Of a stretch of 64,000 nucleotides of DNA, positions 27,769 through 40,360 are shown in pieces. The notes under the pieces were generated by a model that saw only the letters and a program-made list of their open reading frames with translations, was not told the DNA's origin and searched no databases. Numbering within the stretch: position 1 is the stretch's first letter; each line of letters begins with the position of its first letter. Source of the stretch: Paramecium tetraurelia (taxonomy: Eukaryota); contig CT868496.1 of NCBI GenBank assembly GCA_000165425.1, forward strand, positions 372,001 through 436,000, written 5' to 3'. Both the position numbers and the translations under genes were made by a program.

Positions 27769-28399
27769 TCAATTGAAATAAGAATGGACTCTGTGCACAA
27801 ATTGGGATAACAAATCTGTTATTTCTGGAAAAAAGTTCATCTCATCTATGATTTAAGTTAGATCACTGCATTCTACCCTGTCGCTATCTCGCTTGCAATT
27901 CAGTCTTCGGTACTCACTATTAATCAATAAATGTATAGACATACCTTCCCAAAGTCTAATCCCATCTGAATCGAAGGTATTTATAATATCTATTCTTTAT
28001 TGCATTTTAGTTCCTATCACTAAAGTATTTGGCTATATCACCAAACTTCGGGCCGTGCTCGAGTACGAGAGATAAGATTTTTTTGTCTTCCTCGAAGTTG
28101 AATGGATTATTATTATTCATATCTGTTATTTTATTGTTTCTTCTCTTCTTTTTGTAATGGAAGTCCATCCTCTTCTTCTTCTTCTTTATCTTCTTCCCCT
28201 GCTCATTGAGGGGAGAAACATCCAATTCCATAAGTTGTGTTAGAGAAGGATTTTCCTGATTCATGAGAAGTAAAGAAGAAGAATTATCCTCATGAGACCC
28301 GTCATCCCTTTCCAACTGCAGGAAGTTGATGTAATTTTATTCGTTTGCACAATCTTACATTAAATTTAATATGAAATTAGCAATTTACTGCATCGGCAT
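27769..28399 (-). CDS. Single-repeat Myb/SANT DNA-binding protein
   Basis: Basic KKIKKKKKR NLS, then PFNFEEDKKILSLVLEHGPKFGDIAKYFSDRNQNAIKNRYYKYLRFRWD. Confidence 0.85.
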
Positions 28400-29187
28400 T
28401 TATATTATTGAATAATTATAAAATCTTTTTTTATTTGCATATATTAATACAGTCTTAGTAATACTTATAAATTAATCGAATATTGTTCAGTTGGTAAAGA
28501 TATTTTCCATTTAATTAATATTTAGTAACTTTCTATAATTGCATATGATTAATTATACGTATTAGTATTAACACTCATTTTTACTTAAACAAGTACAAAG
28601 TCTTCATTCTCTCCTCCAACTATGTTTTCCAAACATTATAATTAAGCAACTAAACTTGCTACCATTATAATGTACCACAAAAACCGTACTTTTTACAATT
28701 ATTTCTTAAAATAAAATGGAGAACTTGAACCCCTCCCCCAAGGCTACCCTAAGTTGTCTGTAATTGAAAAATATAACTTTTTAATGTTTTTCGTAAGAGT
28801 CTTCTAATAAGAATTCATTTTTAAGATAAATCAAATTTCTTCGTCAGTTTATTTGTGAATTTATAAAACTCAATATTGTAATATTCTAAGTTGTATTAAA
28901 ATGGAAACCATTTGGTGGAGAAATTCGAGAATGAAGACTTGTAAATATAGAACAATACATAATATGCATTGTCAAACACATAAAGTTTTTTTATTTTTTT
29001 TCATAATATTTTTATTCATTTGAATAGGACGATTTTTTATATAATTATATTTGAAGTAATTGTAATTCCTACCTTAGTTTACTCTTATCTATGTATATCA
29101 GCACAAAAAGAAGGATATACGAAGAGAGAAGTTATAATGAACCTTTGATTAATTATCACGAAAAATAATATATATTATTAATTAAAT

Positions 29188-32141
29188 ATGAATTAAACTG
29201 CTACAGTTCTCACTATATAAAAAAGAAAACACTTACTATACGCTTGTTTAGCCTCTCTTTTTGGAGGATATTAATTGTACCTGCCAACCAAGGCGTACAT
29301 TATATAGGTAGAATTCATCCTAAGGAGTAGGTTATAATATAATTAGCAGCTGTAATTCAACCCTATCTCATTGCAAAATTTTTGGATAACTACATTGTTG
29401 TATTAATAGTACCTGCATTTATCAATTTGCAACTATAGTTCATCATGAATTATTTCACAGCGAATGAGCATCGCAAATCAGGAAAATAGGTTGGAATGTA
29501 AATTGGAATGCTGTTTTTTTAAACTCTAGTAACTGCTTCAGCTATCAAATATGAAGGAACCGTTATTGATGCAGTTGTATTTTTTTTCTTGTTTCCTCGT
29601 GAATAAAATGTTGAACTTGGATTTACTCAATTGGAGTTATACTCCAGATCCAGTTACGCTCTCTTGTTTCTAACTCTGATTCTGATTTTGACTCATGCTA
29701 ACAGAATGATCATAGCCAATATAATCAGGTACATCTATTATTTCACACCAATACTCATTTGGATCGGATTGTTTGGATAGTTTTCCTAATTGTATGTATA
29801 TTTAAGAATTGAATTAGTTTAGAATATGTGTGTGAACAATTCAATTTTCTAATGGGATCATCCTATCAATCAAGTCAGAAACGCACATATTTAACAGTAT
29901 TATTAAATGTTGCATTGATTGCAATTTGTTTAGGATTATCATACATAGATGAGCAGAGAATTGCAATAATTATAAGTGGTTGTTTGATAAACATCAAAAT
30001 GTTCAATATTTTTGGATCCATAAATTAAGATCAGAAACAACTTTACAAACAGCAAAATCTTGATAGATTATATCTGTTTTACAATCTATTAAGTTCAATT
30101 TTGAATGTAATTTCAACCATTTTATGCGGGACATTGGCATCCTCTTACTATAAGGAATTATATTATGCTATAATTGTTTTGTTTACAATTTACATGATAA
30201 TTCAATTCCAATTTCAATAATATGTGAAATACTATAAAATCTTTTATGCTGCTATTGAATATGCATGTATATCTATGATGGATTATGAGTTTGAAGGCAT
30301 CTTCGCTTAAAGATTATTAGAATGTACGACTATAATCAGATTGTACAGTCTGATCCACTCAAATCCCACCTATTTATTTTTCGAATAATTAGTGTGTTTT
30401 ATCGTTTCATTCACTACAAGTTATTCGATGGCTTACTGTTAATTGATTGGGTTCTTGGTGTAGATAGCTTTGAGATTTGGAATAAGAACGAAATCTCGAT
30501 TTGTAATATGGATAATAGCAAAGTAACTTTCAATTAAAGTAGATTAGTTATAAGATGTTGACAGTGAAGAAGTAGAAAGTAGAGGGAGCAGCACTTATTA
30601 CATCTTTGTAATTATTAATGTGTCCCATAACATTCTTTATTATGCTTATTTCCAGCATCTTAGACAGTCCTTACATGCCATTGTTGGGATTGCCCATTTT
30701 CTATTTTTCATCTTTGAGACCTTTTAGAAATACAATTCATATATAGAAACACTTGAGTAATTCAGCAGAGGGCTAAATCTACAATTTCTATTTGAGTAAG
30801 TCATACAACAAATTATTGGGTTCTCAGCCTTTGTGGAGTCATTATTTAATACGAATAGGGAAATACCTGGGAGTAGTGTAAGTCTTAGAATATTAAGGAG
30901 GATATGCAGTCATTCAATTTAAGGGTTTGGAATCCTAGGATACCACAAGTTGTCATAGCATAGAGGCTAGGGAGGTTGATAGATTGGTTAATGCATAGGA
31001 TTGCGGATCATATTTTGGAAGTGCCTTAACTTTACAAAATCAATTCTCAGTTCCTGGTTATGAGGAAAATTAGTTGACTTTAACAGGGATTATAGAAGCC
31101 ACTGAATTTGTTAGTGGATTTAAAACAATATATTTAAAGATGTTATGTTATTAAGCTTAAAAGTTAACTGAGACTAATAAGAAATCCATTATTGAATTAT
31201 CGAAGAGATTCGAAGGTCCTGAACATCCATTCCCCAATTAATTTGCAGATTTAATTGAATTAAAAACTAATTTCTTATCATTTATGAGCGAAGACTTAGA
31301 ATAAGATGAGGGAATGAAATAATAAAATACACAGCACTCTAAAAAGCAACTTCAATCCAATAGGGATGAAATCACTAGTATGTTGGAAGAATTAGATGAT
31401 GATAATTATCTACAAAATTAGAATTTACACCAATACTAAAATAAGAATTTTAATCATCAATAGAACATTAATCTGTCTGGAGGATTTTATAATCACATTT
31501 AGAGAACAATTCTGTATATTTATTAAGTTTCATTGAGAGATTTAGATTTCAATTTTGAGGGTCGAATAAATTAGATAGTGTTGTTTGATTTATTCAAAAA
31601 TTCGAACAGTCTTTTTGAACAGCATCAAATGAAGGGAGTTGATAAGATTCTGTCAGAGATCGCCACATTAGCCATTCGAAGTGCTTTGAAAATAAGTCTA
31701 GATTTTTACTCAATTGAATAACATTTGAGAATTGAAGATACTTAATTGTTGTAAGAATTGGAGGGAATGAAGGAATGTTTTGTTGGAATGGGCAGTGATG
31801 AAGGTTGGTAAAAAGCCATGATCTAGAATTTTCTGCTCTGGTCCTTGGGCTATGATGCTAGTTAAAACCAGTTGAAGGTCTATCGACAATCATATACTAA
31901 TATCAATTGTTAAGTGTTCCGATTTGATAGTGAAGTGGTCCGGGGAATAGAAGCCAATTTATAGATGGAGATGTTGTTTGCCACCAATGATGATGACGAA
32001 CGGTATATATACGAATGATTAAGTAGATATTCTATTTAAACACATGAGTAGTTTTTTAGAAACATTATCATTGAAGGTTCTGAATTCCCTTTAGGATATG
32101 CTCCATTCTATTCGGGACCAGTAGTAATTAGTTTAAGATGA
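29188..32141 (+). CDS. Pecanex-like multi-pass membrane protein (PCNX4-like)
   Basis: Many TM helices; FQHLRQSLHAIVGIAHF region; C-terminal VRGIEANLQMEMLFATNDDDER|YSIQTHEQFFRNII...PLGYAPF typical of Pecanex_C. Confidence 0.88.
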
Positions 32142-32180
32142 AAATTATTTCTTATTTTTATATATTAAAAATACTAAATT

Positions 32181-33133
32181 ATGTATCAACAAAACTAAGT
32201 TATGTATCAATAATAGCAACCTCCACCTCAATAGCATCGTGATTATAATGTTCCACCACCCGGTAAGTGAGTAGTTCAATTCCATATCTTAGGGTACAAG
32301 GCTCCTCGTTACCCCAGGGAAGAGTTACCTGAGAATTAAGAGCAGAATCTCGACTTGGGTGGTTCCTATTAATCCTACCTTTACAACTGTGGAGAATGCT
32401 GCGGTAATTGCAAGGCTGTTTGTCCCTGTAATCCCTGTGTGGAATATCCCTATGTGTAGGTAGAGCAAAGTTTTGTTGGAGTGTATTTACGTTTTGGAAA
32501 GTACATCAAGACAGGTAACAATTATGTTTAATGGAAGTTCAACCTGGATTAATTTACATCAATCCTTGTACTGATACAATTCAGAAGGTGGATTGCAAAG
32601 TTCAGATGATCGATTGTCCTAGACAACAAGTGATGACTAAAGACAATATTTTAGTGAGCATTGATGCAACTGTTTATTATAGAATAGTGATACCAAGACG
32701 ATCCATATTTTATATCAACGATCTCCATTAAGCAGTTACGCAATTAACATTGGCCACTATCAAGAGCATTGCTGGATCCCACACTTTATAGGATTTGTTG
32801 GAGAAGAGAGCTGAAGTTTAATAGCAAATTGAAGGGTTCGTAGATGAACATGTCTGGGAATGGGGTATTGACATTGAGAACATGTTGATTAAAGATATTC
32901 AATTGAATGCTGATTTATAAAACACATTGTCAATGGCAGCCAAAGAACAAAGAGCAGCTTAAGCGAAAGTCATATCTGCTTAAGGTGATGTGCAATCAGC
33001 AAAACTTATGAGATAAGCTGCAGAACTATTAGATTCAAAGGCAGCTATGCAAATTAGATATCTTGATACAATTACTACTTTGGGATAGTAAGGATCCACT
33101 AAAGTCGTATTGCTACCAACTGATTCTAAATGA
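32181..33133 (+). CDS. Stomatin / SPFH (band 7) family protein
   Basis: Cys-rich CGECCGNCKAVCPCNPC; LRFGKY, QQVMTKDNILVSIDATVYYRI, AKEQRAAQAKVISAQG, AAMQIRYLDTI. Confidence 0.93.
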
Positions 33134-33521
33134 TACATTAATATATATTATTATTACATCTATTTATTTATTCATCTTTTAGATATTATAGTAAACTTAT
33201 AGAATAATTAAATTACATTACTCTAAGATTGACTTAGTAGATAATAAACATTACATTTGATAAGATTTAAGTGAACTCATCAATGTGGATGATCGATAAA
33301 GAGATATATCTATTATTAATTGATCTATATATAAACTGGAGTATCAAAAATTTAAGAATTAAAATTATGATAGAGAGGCTTTTATTAGTGGTCAAAATGA
33401 GAATAAACTAATTTCTGAATTCTTTTGAAATTTTAGTGTTTTTATATTTTTGATTCATTATTGATACTTTATTAAAGCCAGTCTCATAGAGAATATAGTG
33501 ACTTAGAATAATAGGATTTAT

Positions 33522-34187
33522 TCAAAATAAAATTTATGAATAGATATTTTCATCGCTAAGCTCTTGCAAGCAATCCATACTGTGTTGATTTTCCATTTCT
33601 CTATCTGATGCATTCAGATGACCATAGGCCCTAGAAATCTTAAAATATTTCTTACTGTCCCAAAATAGCATCCCACTGGAAGCGCAAGGTCTTGTAATAT
33701 CTATTCTTCACCATGCTCAAGGTCCTGCTAGGGAAGCTTTTAGCGATTTTATAGAACTTTGGTCCCAACTCCAAGACTTAAAGAAGAATTTGTCTATCTT
33801 CTACATAATTGAATGGAATTGGTTGATGCTTTCTATTCTAATTAAAGATTAAATCAATTTGGTTACAATTTTCTTTGTGGTTGGCCTTCTTCTTCTCCTA
33901 TCGTGTATGACTTGTCTTCTTCTTCTCTTGCGAGGTTTCTTCAGAGGCAATTTTTGAATCGGATTGTAATAATCATTAGGTGCATTATCCCCCTCAAAAT
34001 TGAACGTTTCAACACTCTCGACTGAATGATATTCACAACTGCTTACTTATTTGGATCTCCTCTTGGGCATTTTCAAAAGGAAATTCAGTTAATTATTACT
34101 AGGCAGTCATACAATGAGTTTATAGAAAGTCTAGGGTTATGATAATCTAGTACTTGGTTAGACTCCGAGAAAGTCGGTAGATTACAT
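33522..34187 (-). CDS. Single-repeat Myb/SANT DNA-binding protein (paralogue of 27769-28399)
   Basis: KKPRKRRRR NLS; PFNYVEDRQILLQVLELGPKFYKIAKSFPSRTLSMVKNRYYKTLRFQWD; four small introns. Start approximate. Confidence 0.82.
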
Positions 34188-35671
34188 ATATTGGAAGAAG
34201 AGGAGAGTGGAGATTAGGTTTATTTTATTAACACAATATTCATCGAACCAAAATGATTTAAAAATGCTAAAAAAACGATTTTGATAAATCTTATTAATTA
34301 TCCAAGAATTTTTTATTACGTAAATACTAAAGGCATTTTACTGCTAAGTATCAAAATTTGTAGAATACTTTAGATATATTGAATGATAAAACTGAATCAA
34401 AATTTTACAACTGAAACCATCGAAAAGAAGAATCAATATTCTTTTGGAATTTCCTTCAACTCTTCCATCGCAATTCATATGAATATTCGTATGCTGGAAT
34501 CACCGAAAAGTCTTTACATTACTTTAAATTGATTATTCGTTCTTTCTGTCTCTATATCAATTTTACTTGTATTCTCTTTACCAGGTATTTTAAGTAAATT
34601 AAAATAAATTTAAGCATTTTTTTATAAAACACTGAAATATTTTTTCATACTAATTCATTTGAACATGCAGGAAGATTATCAATTAAAATGCATTCTACGA
34701 TCATTTTCCAGTTTATCTTCCCTTTGAAATCCTAATGAAAGAAAATTATTTTTTAAATTATCTATTATAATACTTATCCAACAAAATTTCATAATAAGAC
34801 ACAAAGATCAAATCTCATTTATGTGTTTGAAGTTAAATAAATATATGAATGAATTAGATTAGATTAGTATTAAAACAATTCAAATGAATTATTGAAAAAG
34901 TCAAAAAACTTAAAATATATATATATAATTTTTAAGGGAATGCAGGATAATTAAAATCACCTTTAGAGTAAGAAATTTGATTATATAACTTATTTTGCAG
35001 ATAATCTTATAATAGCAAATCTTTATATAATCATCAATGTCATGAAATAAACTCATTAATTTATGTGATAATTTCAATTTACTTTAAAACCAATATGGTT
35101 TAAAGTTTGACCAATTTAAAGCAGAATAAAATATAAACAAAGACTCATAAATAATAATTATAGAGTATTATTAAGATAGTAGTAACTTATTTAGTAAATA
35201 CTATCATAGATTAAAATTAATATAATTTTCATGTAACAATTAAAAGAAATGATTCTTTACTAAATATACTCTTTCTTTATATGTTAAATATAAAATTCAA
35301 ATTTGAATCATTCTTCTCTTTGATTGAGATATAATTTTGAAATTGAGAATCAAATTACATAATCTTTGACATAGCTTAGATTAGGTAAGAATTAATTAAT
35401 CTGCTTGATACAATCTGTATTATTGAGGGTTACTTATCTACTTCATTTCTCATATTCACATCTAAAATATATTGTAATCAATCTTATTTGCTGCCAATTT
35501 TATTTTCATAAATTTATCTCCGTCTATTAAGCACTAAAAATGCACCTCGTAATACCATTATATACTCTTTAATTAATTAATATAATTTATTGAGATTCTC
35601 TTACATTTCTTATTATCAACAAAATGCATGGTTTTAATTTATATATCTCAAATATTTTGATATTTATTATA

Positions 35672-36265
35672 ATGAAGACAATAGCGAAGTAAATTGAATT
35701 TTCACATTAGACCAGGATCGATTAAGATAAACATAAACAAAGATGATTATTAGGAATATAGAATTGTGATGCTTGGGGATATGTCTGTGGGTAAGACATC
35801 AATTTTGGACAGATATATTAATCGCAATTTTTCTGAGAAGCACAATTAAACAATAGCAGTTGATTTGAGACATGTACAGGCATCATCAAATATAACTGTA
35901 AGTTATGTTAATTAAATAACTGAAAGTTAAACTTTTGGGATTTTAGTGGAGAATAACAGTTTTGGAACGTCAGAAAGGAGTTTTATGAGGATGCCAATAT
36001 GATAATCTTGGTTTTTGATTTGGCATCTCGTAAGAGTTTTAACAGTCTGAACGAGTGGACTTAAGAAGCCAATAATATGGGAGCTACCAAATTACCCGTA
36101 TTGGTTGTGGGCAATAAGCAGGATAAGAGGAATATCTCGGAGAACGAAGGGTAAGATTGGGCAAAGCAGAGATCCTATCATTACATAGAGGTGTCGGCTT
36201 TGTAGAACAGTAATATTGATTCGATGTTTAAATTGATCAAGGACATATTGTCTTAAAAAAAGTGA
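35672..36265 (+). CDS. Ras-superfamily small GTPase, RJL (Rbj/DNAJC27-like) type
   Basis: GDMSVGKTS, WDFSGEQQFWNVRKEFYEDA, VVGNKQD, EVSA; no C-terminal cysteine; two small introns. Confidence 0.85.
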
Positions 36266-36294
36266 TAAAATATTATATTTATATTATAATTTGC

Positions 36295-37373
36295 ATGTAG
36301 AACACTAATAAGTAAGTTAGAGAATCTTGGAAGATGTCATTAATCAATAAATTTGGTTTGGCTGAAGTCATCGAACATAATCTCATTTTTTAGCCTCCTA
36401 AACCAAATTATCATATTAAAAATAGCTCAGATTTTAATGGTTTAGAGTTCAGCGTAGAACTGAAAGGCCATTGGGTCAGCTTGAATAAGCTGTGCAATCT
36501 CAAGCACAGGGTTTCCATTTTGAAAGAAGTGGAAAATAATGTAATTGTCTCATATGTTCCGATAATTCATTATTCGTGCAATTCTGATAGGGTTATCATC
36601 CTATCTCACAGCAATGCAATGGATTTGACCCTAGCATCGAGATGGGCCTCTAAGATTTGTGAGTTGTATGAGGTAGATGTGATGTGTTATGATTACTCGG
36701 GATATGGAATTACAAAACAAACAATGAAACCATCTGAGTATTTTTGGTATCTAATAGATTGGGCATTTCAAGAGACCTCTCCAATGTAGTGGCTCTAGCT
36801 TAACATCAGTACGACCACATATTTTTGTGGGGATTCTCCATTGGTTCTTATCCGACAGTTGATGTAGCTACGCAATTCTAACTTTCTGGAATCATTCTAT
36901 AAGCTCCATTAGCCTCGTTGGGTAGAATTATAGACAATCGCAATTCGTTTTACTCAGAACATGATAAGTTTTCAAATCAAGCCATCATAAACAAAATCAC
37001 TGCTCCAGTCTTGATCTTCCATGGAACCAAGGACAACATAATAAAGATCAACCATTCAGAACAACTATCGAAATGTTGCTAGAATTTATTTGCATTTATC
37101 AAAGTAGAAGGAGCAAATCACAATGATATTGGAATTGCAGCTGAAACCCAGGATTCAGAGGTGTATAAATCAATTAGGGAACTGCTTCATAGTGAAAAGA
37201 GTCCGCCCATTAAGAGGGTGTTTGAATTATCATTAAAATATGATAATCTGACTATTCTTGATCACATTGGGGACCAAAAAATGTACTAAAGCAATTTGCC
37301 AACCTAAAACAAGAAGGAAATCAATAAAAAATGCGATGGTTAAGGTTGTTAATTATTTTGCATAAAATTTTGA
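36295..37373 (+). CDS. ABHD17-like alpha/beta hydrolase
   Basis: LIFQPPKPNY, ILSHSNAMDL, YDYSGYG, WGFSIG (nucleophile), FHGTKD, GANHND; ends CQLFCIKF-TGA. Confidence 0.88.
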
Positions 37374-37408
37374 ACACTGAGTATATTATATTATATTATA
37401 ATTTATTA

Positions 37409-38543
37409 ATGTCTTCTAATTCAGAATAGGTTCCTTTGAGTTTTGAGCAAATTCCCGAGAAGGATATCATCAAGATATTGACTTACAATACATTTCTTAG
37501 ACCACCCGTTGTGAATAATAATGGAGACGACTACAAAAATGAAAGATGCGAATTAATCATTAAAGAATTGATGAAGTAAATTGCTAGATCCAAATAATTA
37601 GTTTTGATATAGTGTGTCTGTAAGAAGTATTTGGGTTTTTAAATTCGAGAAAATCTATTCTAAAACATAAAGCATTCAAGCTTGGCTTCACTTATTAAGC
37701 AGTCAGTCCCAGTCCTAGTTTTTTCTCTAGTCAAATGGTCGACGGTGGATTAGTCACTCTGAGCAGGTTAAAATATGTTCATCATCTCTAGATACCCGAT
37801 CCTAAGTCACGAGTTTAAAGAATTTCCATATGGGATCCTATCTGATAATCTATCTAATAAGGGAGTATTGTATACAAAGATTCTGGTAAACGGATAGATG
37901 TTGCATTTATTCAATACGCACTTGCAAGCTAGTTATGTTGGAAAAGAGTCTAATGTGGTAATGAATCATAATTTATTGGAAGAGAGCAACTGTCTCCACT
38001 AGAATTGATTAATTGTATTGTTTTAAGAAATTTGTGCATTCAACACTTGAATAGTAATAGGCATAGGAGAATGATTTGATTCTATTGGTAGGGGATTACA
38101 ATATCGATAGCAGGTATGAGTAAGGATATCCTAATGACGTTTTGAAATAATTTCCAATTTTGCAATAACAATTAGGCAATCCTCAAAAGTATCAAGAGTA
38201 CGATGCTCTAATATCTATTATGACGAACAATGGTAAGGATAAGTTCATCAATTTGTTGCTTGAGTAAGAAGGTAAGTTTCTTATTACGTATGCCGATTAT
38301 GTGGAAGACGAGAGTGGTTAGAAGAAACCAATGGAAATTCAGTTAACAGATAAAGCTGATTTGTTGACTGGACAATGTTTGGATTACATATTCTAAATGA
38401 TTCCTGAAAATCAAGGGAATCCAAATTAAATCAAAATCAAATAAGTGAATGTTGAGAAATTCTTTGTGGAAGGTCAAAAATTTACTCAATTGTCTGATCA
38501 TTATGGCGTTTCTTGTGATATATTAGTTAAATTGCCTTAGTGA
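37409..38543 (+). CDS. Endonuclease/exonuclease/phosphatase family, neutral sphingomyelinase-like
   Basis: ILTYNTFLRPP, DIVCLQEVF, DGGLVTLSRYPI, SDNLSNKGVLY, NTHLQASY, LVGDYN, LDYIF, LSDHYGV. Confidence 0.9.
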
Positions 38544-38571
38544 GATTTGTAAAATATTATAATTATAATTA

Positions 38572-38911
38572 ATGAATAATTCAACTCAAGGAGACACTCC
38601 CATGTCTCGTTTTGACTTATGTAAACTCTCATTAAACATTAGTTATTCAATCATTCAAACAGTGGATGTTAACTATCATAAATGAGGCTTCAATTGGGCT
38701 CTATTAAATTTAATGCCATCTGAAGGATTCAATTCTGCATTTCAGAAAAGTCAAAGAGGACGAGGAAAAGCTGGCGAAGAAACTCTCTATAATAAATACG
38801 CAACAACAAAACACAATTGGCGAGTTGAAAGAAATAGGCGATTTGAATAGACAATGGGCTCCGAAAATGCAAAGACTTCTTGATTAATTGTAAAATAATC
38901 AAAAATATTGA
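38572..38911 (+). CDS. BORCS8: Small coiled-coil protein resembling BORC subunit 8 (MEF2BNB)
   Basis: After a 22-nt intron: MLTIINEASIGLYQIQCHLKDSILHF, matching the ANEPSVALYRLQEHVRRS-type motif as I recall it. Confidence 0.65.
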
Positions 38912-38945
38912 TAAAATATATAATTACAATTATAATGTGAGGCTA

Positions 38946-40100
38946 TCAATGGTTATGATTGTGTTTGTGATCATTTTTATGCTCCTTATTATGATGTCCA
39001 TTGGTTTCTTCTTCCTTCTTCTCATCTTCATAAGGAACCTTGATATATGAACCCTTCTTCTTCTCAGCTGGGATTCTGGAACTCATTCCCTAACGAAAAT
39101 CGAAATACACCCTTACCATAAATAATTCCCATGCCACTCCCAAGGCAACCAAACTTATGCCGATCCATTGTATCTAATCGACCTCGTGATTGTGAATTCA
39201 TAATAGACAAGAGGACAGTGAAGAACTTTCTTGTTGTCGTTACTACACTTAACACTCGTGGAGAGAAGCAACTTAAATTCTAGTCTCACATTTACCTTAT
39301 GCAATAGAAGATGAACACTTGGCCCAACACAGAGTAGATGGTCAAAAACAGTATTTCTGGAATAACTTGTGGGTATGATTGAATGTAACTCAAGAACTGA
39401 ATGAACTTGCCTTGTATCAGTGTGTAGATAATTGAGCCTATAAAACTCCAGAGACTAATGTGGAATCCCATTTCCCATTGTTCCAATTTCTTCACTTTAA
39501 ATTTGCTCTACAAAGTTGCTAGACACCCATCGGAGAACAAAGAAGTTATTAATAAAACAATTCCGAAAATCGAGGAAGTCTTATTGGATTTACTGCCCTC
39601 ACTCACGTTAAATGCATAGATTCCCACAGTGATGATCAACCCACACAGTATTTGCTACTTTGTGAATTTCTGGTTGCCCAAAACCAATCCAACTACCAAT
39701 ACAGACAGGATTCAATTATAATTATGAGGAATATGTACTTGCAGCTTTTCACCAAGGCTTGAAGAGGAAAACTCACATACTATAATGCTGTCAATGCACC
39801 AATCATCGATGAAAAGTTTAACAATCCTAAATAAGCTCCCTCCTTTATTGTGCAAACAAAACTGATCTTATTTTTCAAAATCATCGCCAAACACAATAAA
39901 TTGTATATTAGCATCTGCAAAAAGATCAGCACTGACGAAAACTCAAATTTCGGAGATGGAAAATCCATAGTACCTAAATTGCTCTTGAATCTGGCAAATA
40001 ATCACATAATTTACAAATGCTCCTGAATGAGACCCACTTTGAAATAGCAGAAGTAAATTCCTCCCACGGCTATCAATAATTGCACTTCTTTTCTAAGCAT
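38946..40100 (-). CDS. SLC35B1: SLC35B1-like (UAA family) nucleotide-sugar/ATP transporter
   Basis: VGGIYFCYFKVGLIQEHL, ALQYVSFPLQALVKSCK, SLFSDG, LGQVFIFYCI, LSVVTTTRKFFTVLLSI; His-rich tail. Confidence 0.88.
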
Positions 40101-40360
40101 CTTTGAAACGTGTTAATTTTAATTAAAACCAAATTAAACCTATTAAACAGGATTATAAGAACATTTAAAAACTAAATTTGTACATTCTATAATTAATCTA
40201 GATCTTTGTTGAAAACTCAATATCACTAAGAAACAGACCAAGGCTTAACTATAGAACTATTACCGTACTACTTTTAAATTACAACAACACCATACTCAAA
40301 TATGTAAATATATATCATTCAATATAAACCAATAAACATATAATTATATATCCAACTACA

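Noticed and set aside
28705..28765. Minus-strand GGGGTTCAAGTTCTCC resembling a tRNA T-arm
   Set aside because: No canonical G53-C61 pair and no D-arm or acceptor stem found.
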